Source: Camelus dromedarius
Lineage: Eukaryota
DNA: 64,000 nt
Assembly (NCBI RefSeq): GCF_036321535.1
Contig: NC_087436.1
Coordinates: 28,274,001 to 28,338,000, forward strand
Direction: 5' to 3'
The notes beneath the pieces are model-generated. The model had not been told where the DNA came from and searched no databases. It saw only the letters and a program-made list of their open reading frames with translations. Position numbers and translations under genes: made by a program. Numbering within the stretch: position 1 is the first letter of the stretch; each line of letters starts with the position of its first letter. Shown here piece by piece: positions 42,510-57,334 of this stretch.

Positions 42510-43265
42510 CAAGTGTTTTTTCAAGCATCAATTATATCTCGTGTACTGTGCTAGATGCCAGGGAAATAAAGAAAAAGATACTCTCTGTTTGCCGTAATAG
42601 CAGAAAATACCACCAATTAGAATATTTTGTGACATATTTAATAATAGAAACTAGTAAAATAATATAAAACACAGATAAGAACAAGAAAAGTCTTTTTAAG
42701 GAGAAATAATGCCTAGTGATGAGAAATTGGATATTCTTTTCAGGGAACTTAAAAGTGGCTGATCATTGTTAGAAGGCAGATTTCAAGAGGAAGTGATGTG
42801 AGAAGAGACAGAAAAGAAGGACAGAGGCCAGAAAAATCCCATGGTCTTGCATGTCAAGCTAGGTTGTGTATTCTTTAGCCTGCAAGAAAGGAGGACCCCT
42901 TGAAGGATTTGATATGTAGAAGTGTATCATCAGATTATGATTTTGGAAAGGCTATTCAGTACACAGCATGAGGAATAAAACTGGTGGGAAGTCATAGTAG
43001 ATAGAGACAACTTAGAAGGTATAATAAAAATTGAGGCTGGTGATGATGAGCGAGAAATGAGCTAAAATAGAGAATAGAAATAAATACTGACTGGGCTAAG
43101 GATTAAAAAAGTAGTTCAGGATGTTGGCCTAATTTCTTTTCTGGGTAACTGGATGCATAATGGTGTTACTCAAGAGAGAATGAGTATAAAGAGGATTTTA
43201 TTTGGGATCCTGGGAATTGAATCTAATTTTGTGCACATTGAAGTGCCCATAGGCAGTTGAATGCC
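42510..43265 (-). mobile_element. L2 fragment
   Basis: tactgtgctagatgccaggga...ttgaaggattttga...atcagattatgattttggaaaggctattc...taggcagttgaat. Confidence 0.6.
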
Positions 43266-43469
43266 AAGTAAATACCATGAGCAAGCTTTCTCAAGGATAA
43301 TCTACTTTTTTAGAGTGAGAAAAAAGATTAGACCACAAAAACTCAAATTTATTATGGCTGACATAAGAAGGTATTTGAATAGGTATTAAAAATCTCTAAA
43401 GCTGTCTAGTCTATTCCCAGGGACCACATAGGAGAATAATGCATAGTGAGAGGCTCTTCTTCACTTGAC

Positions 43470-44030
43470 TTTAAGCTCAACATTGCTGCAAGATAAATTT
43501 TTTTAATGTAAGCTCTGTTCATGTTGCACTTTGGCTAAAAAAACTCTTTTTTTTTTTCACACCATATGAAATATAAAGTTTTTGATACTCCAGGCTACAT
43601 CATGGCTTTCAAACTTTATCTCCCTGTAATTTTTTCTGCGTACCGTATGCTACAGCACAAATGAAAAACAAGCTATTCCCTGAATAGCCAGTTAATCTTC
43701 TCTCCCTGATCTTTTGCCTTTGATTTAGAATTCAGTCTCTATAAATCAACCAGCAAAATCCTTGAATATGATCTCCTTCTTGGAAATTCCTTAATTTTTC
43801 CCAGTTGCACTTGTTCACTCTATCCTTTAACACCATTTGAGTCTTAATTCTCCCTCATTATTTATGTGTAATAAGATGTATGCTATGGTTATTTTGTGCA
43901 TTTACTTTATTTTTTACTACTAGATCAAAATGTCTTTTAGAGAAGAATGTGTACTTTTACTCATTTTTGCTTTCCCTTCAATGCTTTGATTGTATTATAG
44001 CCTCAATAAATATTTGAAGTAGTGGATTAA
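43470..44030 (+). mobile_element. L2 3' fragment
   Basis: Pyrimidine-rich body ending cctcaataaatatttgaag. Confidence 0.55.
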
Positions 44031-47000
44031 ATGTAACATAGTTTATATTTAATTGAAACAATAAGTGGCAAAATAGATTTTAATTTAAATGCATGTTTAA
44101 TATCATATAATTTAAATAATGCCATGTCTTGAACTGGAAATGTTCATTTTATTAGTAAAGATGTGAGAACTATTATTGACACCATTATTTTGCCAACCAC
44201 TACATTATATGTGTTTAAATAAGGTTTTTTACTCCTAAAGATTATTGGCATATGGAAATTTAGAATGAAATTAAGTTCAGAGAAATGGAAACATATATTC
44301 TATGTTATACATCACATTATACATCTATGTAGAATATATGTTTTATGAAGTAGTAAAGTTAAGCTGGAATCTACTTATTTTGGAGAATAGATTACAAAGA
44401 TGATGCAATGGAGAAAGCACATACATCATAATCAAAGAGAACAGTGTTAGATTCGTTGAGTTAGGAGACTGAGTGTAAGTTTTTTACTTTTTTGAATGAT
44501 AGCTTCTCACGAATAAATGCATAATATCTTGCAAGAGGGGAAAAAACAATATAACATGACAATAAAGATTATTATTATTGTTGTGTGTTATCATTATTAT
44601 TGTTAATCACACTATTATTCCATTATTGTTACTAATTCCAGTATTCATCACTACCAACATTGCTACCATGTGATACAAGTTTTAACACATGTGAGCATAT
44701 ATATTCAAATGTAAAGTAACATGAAAAATGTTTATCTTTTAAAATAACATAAATGCAGAGTGGCATGCCAATTGATATATGTCAAATATGTATTTAGAGC
44801 ATAATCATAGCCTATTTTTATTTCAAGATTTTTCCTTAATTAATGTATAATATGTGAAATTAGTAACATCATTCCATAAAAGCACTTGGCTTTTTAAAAA
44901 TATATATAAGATTTTAGGAAAATAGGCAGGTTTTAAAGTCAAATGGATAATACAATAGCATCAGAAATTGAAAGGAAATTAAATAACAGGTTAAAAAATA
45001 TAACACAATGCAATGAAATCATCCTTATGAAATTTAAACATTAAACATTATTCATTGTAAGTCAGTTCCTATTAGCTAGATGGTCTTTGGTTTGAAATGC
45101 ATAATTAGAAAGCCTAAGATAACACATCCTTAGTAGGAAACCCAAAAGTACTATCTATGCTTCTGTATATTATACATTGTCTCTCCATCCCTAACAAACT
45201 GCTGTTCTATCCCATAAGGAATATTTGAAGCCATAAATCAAAGTTTACACCAAGAGATAGTGTCAGTTTAAATCCAAACATTTTAAGGTGATTCTTAAAG
45301 AATTCACTTATTTATTGTGCTTTGCTTTTTTTTGGGCCTTTAAGGATTTTAGTTAAGATCAAATTGCTTTACTTAAAGTATTACCGAGTTTGACTTCATC
45401 TTGCCTTTTCGCCATTTTTTGTCCTTTCTAATCCATAGAGTAAAACCTATTTACTGTTGTTGACTCAAAAATATAGGGAAGTATCCTGCACTGAAACCCT
45501 CTTATCCCCACCGTTAAGTATTTTATGTAACTTTGAAAAAGCTCATGGGTCTTATTGTTCTAACTAAAGAAACTATATAGACAAACATTTTTAAAACACA
45601 TTAAGAATATTGAAGTATTAAATAGAGACAAATATTCAGGAAATTTTTAGATATTAAACTATTTAGAGCACTACATGTGAAACCCAAATTTCAGGTCAGC
45701 ATATCATTATTTCTTGATGATACTTCAAAATTAAATCAAGAGTAAATATATATTATTAGTAATTATCACCATATGTCATTACACAAAGTCTAGATAAAAC
45801 CAAAATTTTAAGGGAAAATTAAATTTTAAAATGTCAATGGTGTCTCTAAATATCTTACATTTTCTTCTGAATTTTGTTTTTCTAAAATAAAGGGAAGACA
45901 TTTTGTTTTGTTTTAAAAATTCAATTTAATGTTGGTTTTAATTTAGCAATAATAAAATGAATAAGGATATTATATACAGGAATATTATAATACCTATTTA
46001 ACATCATAAAGCATGCAAATATATGATTGTATTTTTGTAGATGTTTATTAGTATAAGATTTGTAACATGAGACCATTACAGTAATCTTGTCATATAAGCA
46101 GGGCAGATGTGTAACTATTTTCTAAATGAGAAAACTGGGTCCTATTAAGTAAAATTTGAGTGAGGACTTAAATATATGGCAAAACAGGTAGCTCAGAGCC
46201 TAAATGAAGCAAAAATTTCCGAAAGTTTTCAGCATTAATTTCATCCATTGACTCAATATACTATGAGGCCTTTATGTTTCCTACATCTTTATTTTTTTCT
46301 ATTATATTATGTTATGTAGTTTCAGAGGCTGCCCCCTAAGAATAAGGGTGGTTGTAGCTAAGTAATCATATATGTCAGTAGATTGAAAACATGAAAAATA
46401 AATCTGTGGAAAATTTAAATGTATTTCCTTATGAAGAGATTTCAAAGCATTGAAATTATATGTCACAAATGACAGACATTCTTTGCATCTTTAACTGTTG
46501 TTGACATAATCAGGAGATTAACATGAAATAAATAGGTTAACAGCCAGCATTGTTAGAGTTGTTACTGTTGAATGTAAATAAAGTCAATTGTCCTGTTGAT
46601 CTCATTCATCTGTTCTTATGGAACTTCTGAAAGGGTGGACTTCCTGTTGCTAAAGCTTCTTCCCAGTTATGGATTTGGCATATTTTAACAGTAATGTAAG
46701 GTACAGATGTACACATTTCTTCTTTGGGGTCATTTTAATTTCTTACTCAGGCTAATTTCTTGTTTAAAAAAAAGTAATGAAAGCCATAACTGTGTTTTTT
46801 AGCATCTTTATTTTTTCTATTTCCTATACTTATTCAAATCATATAGTGGAGCAGGACCTCTCAGGGCACACATGGAAAATAATGCCAGCACCATATGCTT
46901 GGTGAAATTGAGGAGGTGTTTGGAGGTTGGATGAAACTGGACTGGGGCATAGGTTGCTCAGGGTCCTGGCTACTGCCCCAAGGCTGACTAAAGATAAAAA

Positions 47001-47059
47001 TACCTCAGCATATTTTAACCCATCCAAGGCACCAGTTCAAAATTGTTTGTTGATTTAAA

Positions 47060-47260
47060 GATATGGGATTTAGAATTTTCCAAATAGAGGTTCACATTGA
47101 GGCATCTGTATGATCTTGGATAAATAACTAATCTCTCTGATACTCAGTTTTTACATCTATTTTGTAACTTTATAATTTGCATCAGTGGCTGTTGTGATGA
47201 TTAGGTCAGCATGTGCATTCCTTAGCAAATTACTTGGCAAGTCTAAAGTCCTCAATTAGT
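47060..47260 (+). mobile_element. MIR SINE
   Basis: tgtatgatcttggataaataactaatctctctgatactcagtttttacatct. Confidence 0.7.
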
Positions 47261-48194
47261 TTGGCTTTACCTCCCCCGCCCCCACCCAGTGCAGATCTGT
47301 TTGGAGCAGATTGGGAGACGGCCACTACAGGCGTATTGAGAACTCTTAGTCAAAAATGAGCTAAGTCATGGAAATAGCATATAAAGCACAAAAGGGAAGC
47401 AAGCCTGTTTCATCAAGATCCAAATTAAATCTATTTGTTAAGATAAGAACAAGTTACCCATCTCCTTTTCATTCAGGCTCATCTCAATTTGGTTCTAAAG
47501 ATTCTGCTCTAGGCTTCTGTCAGCATTCACTGTATTTTGGCAACTAAAAATCAAATCTCTTTCCTCTGGCAATAAAGCTTCCCCATTGATCTATCTTTGA
47601 TACTTTGATAAAGTTGTCCTTGTGTTCTCATACATCTCAATAAAGGAAAGTATTATTTTCTATCATCTATTCAATTTTCATCTCTACCCTAGGTTTATAG
47701 TCAACGTTGAGCTTTAATGTTTGTGAATATTTGCTTTGTGAGTTTTATATTTGCAAAGAGAAAGACAAATGCTCAGGGAATGGAGAAGAGGAAGATGTTA
47801 GAGATCAATGCAGTGACCTAATTCAGTCCATTCATTCACAAACAAGATGCTGTGCCTCAAATGGGACAGATTACTTACTGAGATCATACAATTATTGAGT
47901 GGCAGAACAAGGTCTGAAACCCAGATATCTCCTCTCAATGTTTAGTGCCGTTTCTCCTATTCCATGCTTGCCTCTTTACTGTAAGTTTTTTCCCAAGGGC
48001 AGCTGAGAAAATATAGTTGGCTCTACAAGGCCCGTCATCAAAGGGCGACAAACCTCTGGATTACAGAGCAGTCACAGAGTTGTACATAGTATCTTCTGAC
48101 AATACGTTCTCTGAATTTACAAAGCAGAGCAGAGGAAAATGCACATTCTCTTCGCATTTATGACATCACATATGAATTAACAAATTCATAAAAC

Positions 48195-48485
48195 TTCCAT
48201 TGAGATATATTTGGCATATAACATTGTTTAAAGCCTACAACCTGTTGATTTGATACATTTATGTATTGCAATGTGAGTGCCACCTTAGCCTTAGCTAACA
48301 CTTCTATCATGTCATATAATTATCATTTCTTTTTTGCGGTAAGAACAATTAAGATCTAGTCTCTTAGCAACTTGAAGTTTATAATAAGAGTATTGTTGAG
48401 TGTAACCTCTATGCTATGCATTAGATCTCCAGGACTTATTTATCTGTGAGTTGCAAGTTTGTACCTTTATATAACAGCTCCCTAA
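48195..48485 (-). mobile_element. L1 (L1MA/MB-like) 3' end fragment
   Basis: ttgagatatatttggcatataacattg...aagatctagtctcttagcaact...ctatgcattagatctccaggacttattt; antisense relative of 14845-15210. Confidence 0.8.
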
Positions 48486-48619
48486 ATTTTTAAAGTGGTA
48501 TCAGCAATGTGAAAGGGATATACGGTACCTGTTTTTGATGGTAATATCATAGCAATCCAAGTAGGAAAAAGAAACAACAGTATATGAAATACCTCTGTGG
48601 CGAATATTTATTTGTATCA

Positions 48620-48840
48620 TTCATTTGTCATTTACTGTATGTCACTCACTGTTTTAAAGTGTTTACAAAAATCTCATCCAATCAATAGGAGGTCTTAATA
48701 CTGCTCTCGTTTTTATGATGAGTAAATGGAGCCAAGATGAAGGGGTAAAGGATAGGCTCTTTATGTTATAAGGATGTAAGAAATAAAGTCAGAATTTGGA
48801 CCCATGGCTGTCTGACTGCAAGTACAATGTTCCTGTCCCT
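48620..48840 (-). mobile_element. MIR SINE
   Basis: ctcgtttttatgatgagtaaatggagcc...cagaatttggacccatggctgtctgactgcaag. Confidence 0.6.
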
Positions 48841-49095
48841 CTGCGTTTTGTGGCACAAATGTTGAACTATTCAGAAGAAGCCTCAGAGGAGTCATTTTGT
48901 AAGCTGCCTTTGATTCTTTTCTAAAATTACATCATCTGTTTTTCCACAACCCTATTTATATATTGAGGCATCTTTCTTTTGCCCTTTAAATGGCCCCTAA
49001 CATTCTGAATCCTTATTGAATAACCTTTCACAGTGTTTTCAGAGGAGTGACACTACCCAGCTGCTCAGTCTGGACACAAGTTCCACACACAAGTT

Positions 49096-49342
49096 CTTTT
49101 TTTTTTTTTTTTTTTTTGTATATACGTATTTTTATTGAAGTATAGTCAGTTTACAGTGTTGTGTCAATTTCTGGTGTACAGTACAATGCTTCAGTCTTAC
49201 ATGAACATACATATATTAGTTTTCATATTGTTTTCACCATAAGTTACTACAAGATATTGAATATACCTCCCTGTGCTATACAGTATAAACTTGTTGTTTA
49301 TCTATTTTAAATATATTAGTTAGTATCTGCAAATCTCGAACT
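49096..49342 (-). mobile_element. 5'-truncated L1 3' end with poly(A) tail
   Basis: Long T run, then tttttattgaagtatagtcagtttacagtgttgtgtcaatttctggtgtacag...ccctgtgctatacagt, related to the 3' end of the full-length L1 (16420-16575). Confidence 0.85.
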
Positions 49343-50889
49343 CTCAATTTATCCCTCCTCTAAATCTCTCTCTCAGTTGAGTCTCCTTTGTCCTCTTAAT
49401 GCCTAGAATGTGGGTCAGTGTAGGCCATTTGTAAACTGAATGCAGAGTCACAAGTTATTTGTCAGCGATCAAGACGGATAAACTTTATGATGCAAATATA
49501 TCAGAAATATATAAACCATAAAACTGTTGTTCTACACTGAGTGAAACTGTGGTTGAAAGTAGTTTATAATACTTATATTTCTTTTTTAAGTTATGATTTT
49601 CTCTCCAATGAGAAAAAGAGAAGTCAAAAAAAATCAGTTGGATCCCCTTAAATATAAAATGCTGGAAAATATACATTAATATGGTAACAACACTTATTTC
49701 TTGTTAGTAGGATTTCCAGTGATATTACCTTCTTCTACATTATTTTTCATATATTCTGATTTTCTAAATTGATCATATATTCTTATTAATCATATATTAC
49801 ATTTATAACCAGAAAAAGTAATTTAATACAACTACAACTTTCAGTAAAATTTCCTTCAAAATTGAACTTTTCTTTCTTATCTTCTTCCCCAGCCCCCTTC
49901 TGCCTTTTCCTTTTCCCTTTTCTTCTTTTGTGTCTTTTCATGAAAATCTTCACTTTGATCTTGGCTAATGAATAGTTGGAGAGAGACATAATAAAATGCG
50001 TGGTAGACTCATGTAACCATAAAAAATGTTTTTAAAAAGCATAGCCCTAAAGTCAAAGTAATAATTCCTCCTTGCTACCATACTGGTATGCTGTCAATTA
50101 ACCTTTTCTAATATTGTCCACTCTGAAAATGATAGCAAGGTACGTAAATTACCAAACAAAGAACATCTTTTTCTGAAAGACTCACCACAGCAGAACTGTA
50201 ATGTGTATTTGGCTTATTTAAAGTGTCTCCAAGCGCCTAGGTAGACATTTTATTTGGAAGTATATTCCAGGGAGATGAAATGCATGAAGTAGAATCACCA
50301 GATTAATTATATTGTAAAATATCAAAAGGAAGGAGCTGCTTGTGAGGTGGCATAAAACCAATAAAATTCCAAGCACAATAAGATTATGTGACTAAGTGAC
50401 AACAGTTTTAAAGTCTTAACAATGGGTGACAAATAGATTTCCTTTCCTGGGACACTTCTATTCAAGCAGGAAAGAAAAAGGATTTCAAGAAATTTGACCA
50501 AACAGTAGAAATGATGAAACTATAATGTAAAAGAGAGGAATATATTAAAGGACAGTAAAATTGAGAATAAATCTCTAAAATAAAGTGAATTGTAAGATTT
50601 GGATTTATACAGTAAATTAGCCCTGTAGAGTCAGGTCTTTTTGTAATATACTTCAAAAGTAGTACAAATTTTGCTGGAGTGACCAGGTTTGACAAATTAG
50701 AGTAAATTAACCAGATAATTATGAGTAATAAATTTTAATGCCTCTATGAAATAAAATGATTGTTAAAGGAAGGTTTTAGGTGAATTTTTTAAAGCTTGCT
50801 TCTCTTCCAGTAGTGTATGATTGCCAGAGTGAAATAAGCAAAATTAAAAAAAAAGATAATATGTTTATTCTGTAGGGTTAGTATCTCTT

Positions 50890-51023
50890 TATTATTATTA
50901 TTATTATTTTTGGTGGGGGTAATTAGGTTTGTTTATTTTTTAACGGAGGTACTGGGGATTGAACTCAGGAACTTGTACCTGCTAAGCCCACACTCTACCA
51001 CTGAGCTATGCCCTCCCCCACCA
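50890..51023 (-). mobile_element. tRNA-derived camelid-type SINE (Vic-1-like)
   Basis: Minus strand reads ggggagggcatagctcagtggtagagtg...cctgagttcaatccccagtacctcc (A and B boxes) with a (TAA)n tail; imperfect TSD ggttagtat(tt)ctctt at 50876-50889 and 51024-51039. Confidence 0.85.
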
Positions 51024-51239
51024 GGTTAGTATTTCTCTTGAGTGGCAAAATGAACCCCCAAAAAATAATTTACAAGGTTTTTCCTTTTTAAGTAGCCCTA
51101 AAGTCAAGGGAAAGACTTTCTTTAATGATAACAAGAAGAGTTTTCATATCTAATAGATGATTCAAATTTGAAATTTCCAAAAACATGTTCTTCCACAATG
51201 GTAAATGATGCCATTGTGCATCTGGTTCTTAAAAATAGA

Positions 51240-52420
51240 AACCTGAAAGTGATTCCCAACAGCTTTACCTCCAACACTGCTTTCACTGGATTCATCACCA
51301 AGTTCCCCGCAACTAAATTACAAACTCCACCTTCCTCATACAAGGCAGTAACGATACCTGGACCACTGAAGTGATAGCTTCCTAATGTGTCTCACTTCAT
51401 ATATTCCTGTCTTATTCCTATCCATTTTTCACATAAAAAAGTTAAGCCATAGGATATCCCTACTTAAAAAATAAAATCCTTCAGTGTGTTTTCTTAGTAC
51501 ACAGAATAAAATGCAAAACACACTGCAGTGGCACACATGTCCTTGTATGATGTGATGCCATACCTGGGTCAGATCTTCTCAGTCTTGAAAACTGGCCAGT
51601 CCCTTTCTGGCCTCAGGCCTCTGGGCCGCACTGTTTCCTCTGTTGCAGAATTTCTCTTTCTTCCAGCCCCCTTCACTCCCACTCGCCATCCATTATCTGA
51701 CTCCTCAAGTGACCTTTCCCTTTGCACACTTTGGTGTTGCTTAAACATAGCAGTGGTGGATAACTGTGTAAATGGATTATGATTGTCTTAAAAAGAAATG
51801 ATTTTCTGATACATGCCACCACATGGGTAACTTAGGAAATATTATGCTAAGTAAAGCCCGACAGTAAAGGACAAATAATCATATGATTCCACTTTCACGA
51901 GGTACATGGAAACTGAAAGTAGAAAAGTGGTTGCCGAGGTTTTGGGAGGAGAAGGGAAAGGGGATAAGGAGTTAATGTTTCATGGGTACAATTTCAGTTT
52001 AAGATGATGAAAAAGTTCTGATAGTAGTGACAATTGCACAACAATGTGAATATACTTAATGACACTGAATTGTACACTTGCTAAATGTATATTATGTATA
52101 TTTTACCACAATTTAAAAACTCTTAAAAAGGCACAGAGACATTTGTTTAATAATTGTCTCTCTCAGCAACCTTTCCACCTTAGAAGAGTTGTCAGTTTTA
52201 TTAAGTAATTTAAAATTTATAATTGTGTGTCTTCTTTTTTCAGTCAATTAGTAAATTTTTTCCCAGATTAGCCTGTGAGTTCCATGAGAGCAAGGACCTT
52301 GGTTTCTGTACTTTCTCAGTTGTGTCTTTTGTTTTTAATTCCCCACTGCCCACTTTGTGCCAAGATCAAGGACTAGCACCAGTAACCACTGAATAAATAC
52401 CTACTAAATGAATGGATAAA
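51240..52420 (+). mobile_element. L2 fragment interrupted by an L1MB 3' end
   Basis: Pyrimidine-rich L2-like body; 3' part ctgtgagttccatgagagcaaggacc...aataaatacctactaaatgaatgga. Confidence 0.55.
51790..52128 (+). mobile_element. L1MB-like 3' end
   Basis: ctgatacatgccaccacatgg...gatgatgaaaaagttctg...gcacaacaatgtgaatatacttaatgacactgaattgtacact...ttttaccacaatttaaaa. Confidence 0.85.
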
Positions 52421-54239
52421 ATCTATATCTGTGATACAACACAATATGGTATATTTTTAAATAAACATTTTAATTTGGTATAATTTAGATTTACAAACAT
52501 TTACCATATATTTCTCACCCAGTTTTCCCTAGTATTCAAGTTTATATTACCATGGAATATCTGTCAAACTAAGAAAAGCAACTTTGGTATATTACTATTA
52601 AACTCCAGACTTTATTAGGATTTCACTACCTTTTCCACTAATATCTTTTCTGTTCCAGAATCTAATCCAGGAAGGTGGTACTTTTGACGGTACTGATGCA
52701 GAGTGATAATTTTCCAAGTTATCATAGTGGTTTCCTGAAAAATGCTGTAATTTCATGAGGGAAAGAAATATAAATATACATCATATTATAACATGAATAC
52801 ATCTTTCTTCACTGCTGTATTATGACCAGGTTTTTTGTTAATTACACAATGCTATATTCTTTATTTCCTAGATTGGTGTTTGATTATTTATAAACAGAAA
52901 AAAAAGATTTCCCTTTAAGCAATTTTCAAAAAGATAAATAAATTCCCTTCTGTGGAATTATAATTTAGTATTTAACCCTTACTTTTTTCTTTATTTTTGT
53001 AAAATACATTTCTTCTGTGTTCATACTTTTAAGTATCCCTTAAACTCCAAACATATATAAAGCAAGGATATACTTTATTTCAAAGTACTTTTATCCTCTC
53101 TTCCATTATGTACAGTTTAAGCATTTGCGTCTAGATATCCAGGCACCACATGCTCTGATTCTCTCAGATTGGCAAACACTCACTGGAGCAAACAGGTGCG
53201 GAAGAATAAAGCAGCAGCATCTGTAAGCTAATGTCACACAAATCCAAGAACATTTACAACAGCTGGACACCAGTATAAAAACATCAGAGGATTCAAATGA
53301 ACTTGATATATGTTAGAGACAAATGTCAATGCCAAGTTTCTTCTTAGGAAACACAAACAGTTCTCTGTACCATTTTCTTCCTTAAACAAGAGAACCAATA
53401 CCAATAGGCTGTTTTCTATTTATTTGATCAAACGTTTTAATACAAAAAATGATTTTTAAAATATTTCAGGATTTTTGCCTAAGGAAAAATCAACACCACA
53501 ATACAGAACTTATGTTAGACTTTGAATTTACTTAAGTATTTGTTGACAAACCAAAATTTTTCACTATTTAAAGAAGCAACATTTTCTAATTTGACAAGAA
53601 GGAATTTTATTGTAATCTTAATAGGAAGGATCTGCTGCTTTATTAGCTTTTAAGGATTTAATGCAAAATTACAATGTTAAATCTAAACCTTAAAATTTTA
53701 GTTCCCATCTTCTCTTTAGATAATCTAGATTTATGGATTGATACATTTAAAAGAACACTTTTTTCTTTAAAGAAATTATAATCCATACATTCTGAATGAG
53801 ATAGTTTTAAATATAACTAAAAATAACTCATTATGCTGTCCAAATTTATATTCCAGGGCATATTTCAAAAGTTCTTTTCTGTTTAATTAAAAAAAAAACT
53901 ACTCTAGAAAAAAATTATAGGTAAAAGCAAGTACTTAGATTTTAAAGAGTTTACAAATGGGGGGTAAGTGCATTTAAGTAAAACAATTCTAAAGTATGTT
54001 TTAGAATACAAGTGTTTAAAACATATGTTTAAACCTGAAAAACTTACTGCAACTTATTCTAAAGATATAATATCAAAGTAAATATTAAAGAAGGAAATGC
54101 TTGGAATGAAAATAAATGTACTTAACATGATACTTTTTAATATTAGCATCTAATGTATTCCATTTGTTCTCCACGTTATTTCAAATTATTACATTCACTT
54201 TTAGATTTGAAAGGGATATGTAAGTAACACCAAAGTAGT

Positions 54240-54460
54240 ATTTAAAAGTATGTGTTATGGACAAAGAAATGGATTCAAATGACAACTTCGTTACATATTA
54301 TTTACATGAATTTTGGCAAGTTTCTTAACTTTTTTGATCCTTTCTTCTGGGATATGGATATATTGATATCTCCCATATGATTATTCTAAGATTTACAATG
54401 AAATTATGCACCTGAATATCTTGCGTAGTCTCTGGCCAACAGTAAACCTTCAATATATTT
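54240..54460 (+). mobile_element. MIR SINE
   Basis: ggattcaaat...ttttggcaagtttcttaact...gtctctggccaacagtaaaccttcaata. Confidence 0.55.
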
Positions 54461-57334
54461 TATTGTGATATTTTCCATATTTGATCTTCACTCTAACAAA
54501 GCTATCAAACAAATTGGTTGTTCCTCAACTATGTGCATCCAAGTAAACTTATGTGTGAATTCCTAAAAGGAATAAATGTATCATTAGGAATTTTTAATGA
54601 TTTTAATATTTAATTTTATGTCTAAAGTAAGATGATAAAAGAGGTCCTCTAAAATAAGATGAATCCTTCATCTATATGCATGACCCAGTCAACTATTTTC
54701 ACCAAAGATTCAATTGCAAAAAAAAAAATGCAGTAAAACCTGCCCCAAATGCCTTTAGCTTGATGTTGTAACATTATTTCCTTGTCTTAAAGTACATCAT
54801 TGATATGGTTAGCCATATTCAGCTCAATCCTTCCTTTTCTAATAGGCCAAATACATCAATTTACTTTCTGAAGCTGCATAAGGAAATAAATAATTTTTCT
54901 CTAGCTAGTTGTGACAGCATCAATTTTTTCCAGCCCTCGCAGGGTAAATAAGTTTGCTTAAGTCAATAGGAAAAAGGCTTTTCTACTCAGGGTCCCTTCA
55001 CCTGACCTCAGGAAGAGTCTGGGAAATAATGTTCTAGTTTCCTTTGTGTTTTTTCTTGGTTGAAAATGTCCTCATCTTATATTCTGTTAAACCTACTGTA
55101 GTTTTATATTGTATATAACCTGGAGGCACATAAAGAAAACTGACACACTGTAGTTTAAAGTAATGAAGAATAAGTGTCTCCTGTTTTCAATATTGACTAT
55201 AAGTATTTTTACACTGTGTCATTTTCCCTCATGTTACAATATAAAATAATCCCCAAATTTCTACAATACATATAAATTTGATCTATTTATTTTAAAATTA
55301 TAAATTGACACTGAGTCAGAAATTAAATACGGTAACATAAAATACTAAGGGATTACTTAGTGGAGCTCATCTTTAGAAGGACCAGTGTGATTCTGGAATT
55401 TTGCCAGATCGCTTTTCACATACATCCTGTTACATCAGAGTCACTTTTTTTTTTTTTTAATCTATTCTGTAAGTCAGTTTGTCAAAAATATCAGGTAATG
55501 TTCCTGGATATGCTTCTGTGCATGCTTTAGTAATGCAGTAATTGCAGTTTTATTTCTTTAAATGTTTTTAACTGCTAGATATAATAACAGAAAGTATTCT
55601 AATGCCATATTCTTTTCTTTGAGTTTGCATATTAGGTCAATACTGAAAAGACAATGCACTTTAGTATTGATTAATATCAATAATTAACTAATACTTGACA
55701 ATTAATTAATAAGTCACAATTAATTTATTTGAGTGGTCAAATCTTCTTTGAACCACGGTTCAGATGCCAACATGTTTCTTCATTAAAATCCTTGGTCTGA
55801 GCTTGGGCTACCCCTAGGATATTTGGAATCATTTATAATTCATGACCTTTATGATGGAAGAGCCAAGAAAAAAACACACACATACAGTTCCTATGAAAGA
55901 GTATTTAACTTTCTTTCATTAGCAAAATTAAACAATTGGCACCTGTATCATCATCCTATGATATTAGGAGCTAAACTTATGTAACAGCTCTTGTATTTTT
56001 CTGTTCGCTCTTTGTAATCCGTAAGACCCTAGGATGAATGTCCTTTTAACACACAAGAGTGAATTTCTATATGTACAGTGTCTGAAGCTGTCTATTAACA
56101 ATCTACACATACTATTGCTTTTATTGCATAAAACATAATGGCCTATGTATTTAAGTATTTCTTAATTATAGTAGTAACAAAATCAACATCCTTCATAACT
56201 GTATGAATTAATTCCCAAATTTTTAAAAAATTTCCTCCTAAATGTGACATAGACATGCATTTGTTTTATGGGTATGATAGTATTAATCTTTTGCAAATGA
56301 TTCCAAAATTTTAGCCAGACCTTTTTTTCACAATAAACTAAAATAAGCTGTATTTTATTCCTATCAGTAAACTGATTTAATGTTGTAAATGTAATTTTTC
56401 ATTAACCAGCGCTTACAATATTCATCAGGTTATTCAACAAAACATACATTATTTACTCTATGAATGTGGGAATAGCATAGCCTAATATGAAGGATATATT
56501 AAAAATACAAATGTGACTGCTTTATCCTAGAATCATTATAGATACTACTCAATATTCTTCAGTGTTTGTATGTAAATAATTAAGAGAAATGGCTTTTCTA
56601 ACAAGAATACAAGTCAGTGACAGACATGAAATCATCAAACAAAAGTAAAACTTGATTCAGCACACTTTATTTCCTGAGTGAAGATACATTCTGCACAAAT
56701 TTTTAAAAATGAACTTTAAATTTAAAAAGTGCTTTTTAAAATTCTGAATTAAAGAAAATACTCCTTTATATACAAACTCCTTAATTCTATTACTTATTTC
56801 TATTGCTTTGATCTCAGAGGTGACAGAATATTTTATTATTTTATTCTGTTGATATCTTTTTATGTGAATGATCCTAATTTGACTTCAAAATGTCATGTTT
56901 GGGTTTATTAAGAAAGTGTTATGTGATACCAGACAGAGTAATAGATGTGAACCTCTTATTCTATTTTGGGAAGTGTTAACTTGGAGTACAGACCATTGCT
57001 TTCCAAAATTGTTGTGTTTTATTCTGTTTAGAACACATAAGCAGAAAATGTATGCTTGATATTTAGAAAATGAAAGCTAAAGGTTATAGGATGTAGACTT
57101 CTATTTAATTTCATATTTTAAAGATTTTCTTGTAAACTGATTTAGCTCTTAGGTCTAGAAGAAGTTTTGTAGGTTGTCTTTGAGTTTTCTAACATTCCCA
57201 TGATAAAATATATGTGATTTTAAACTATAAAAAAAGCAACACAAGTGTGTTTCCATATTTTTGTAATTTCCTCTGCAAACCAAAAAATCCACAGTCGATC
57301 TCAATCCCATTATTCTGCTCTTTTTTTTAATAAC

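Noticed and set aside
50945..51020. tRNA-like sequence
   Set aside because: Head of a SINE with tail and TSD, not a tRNA gene.
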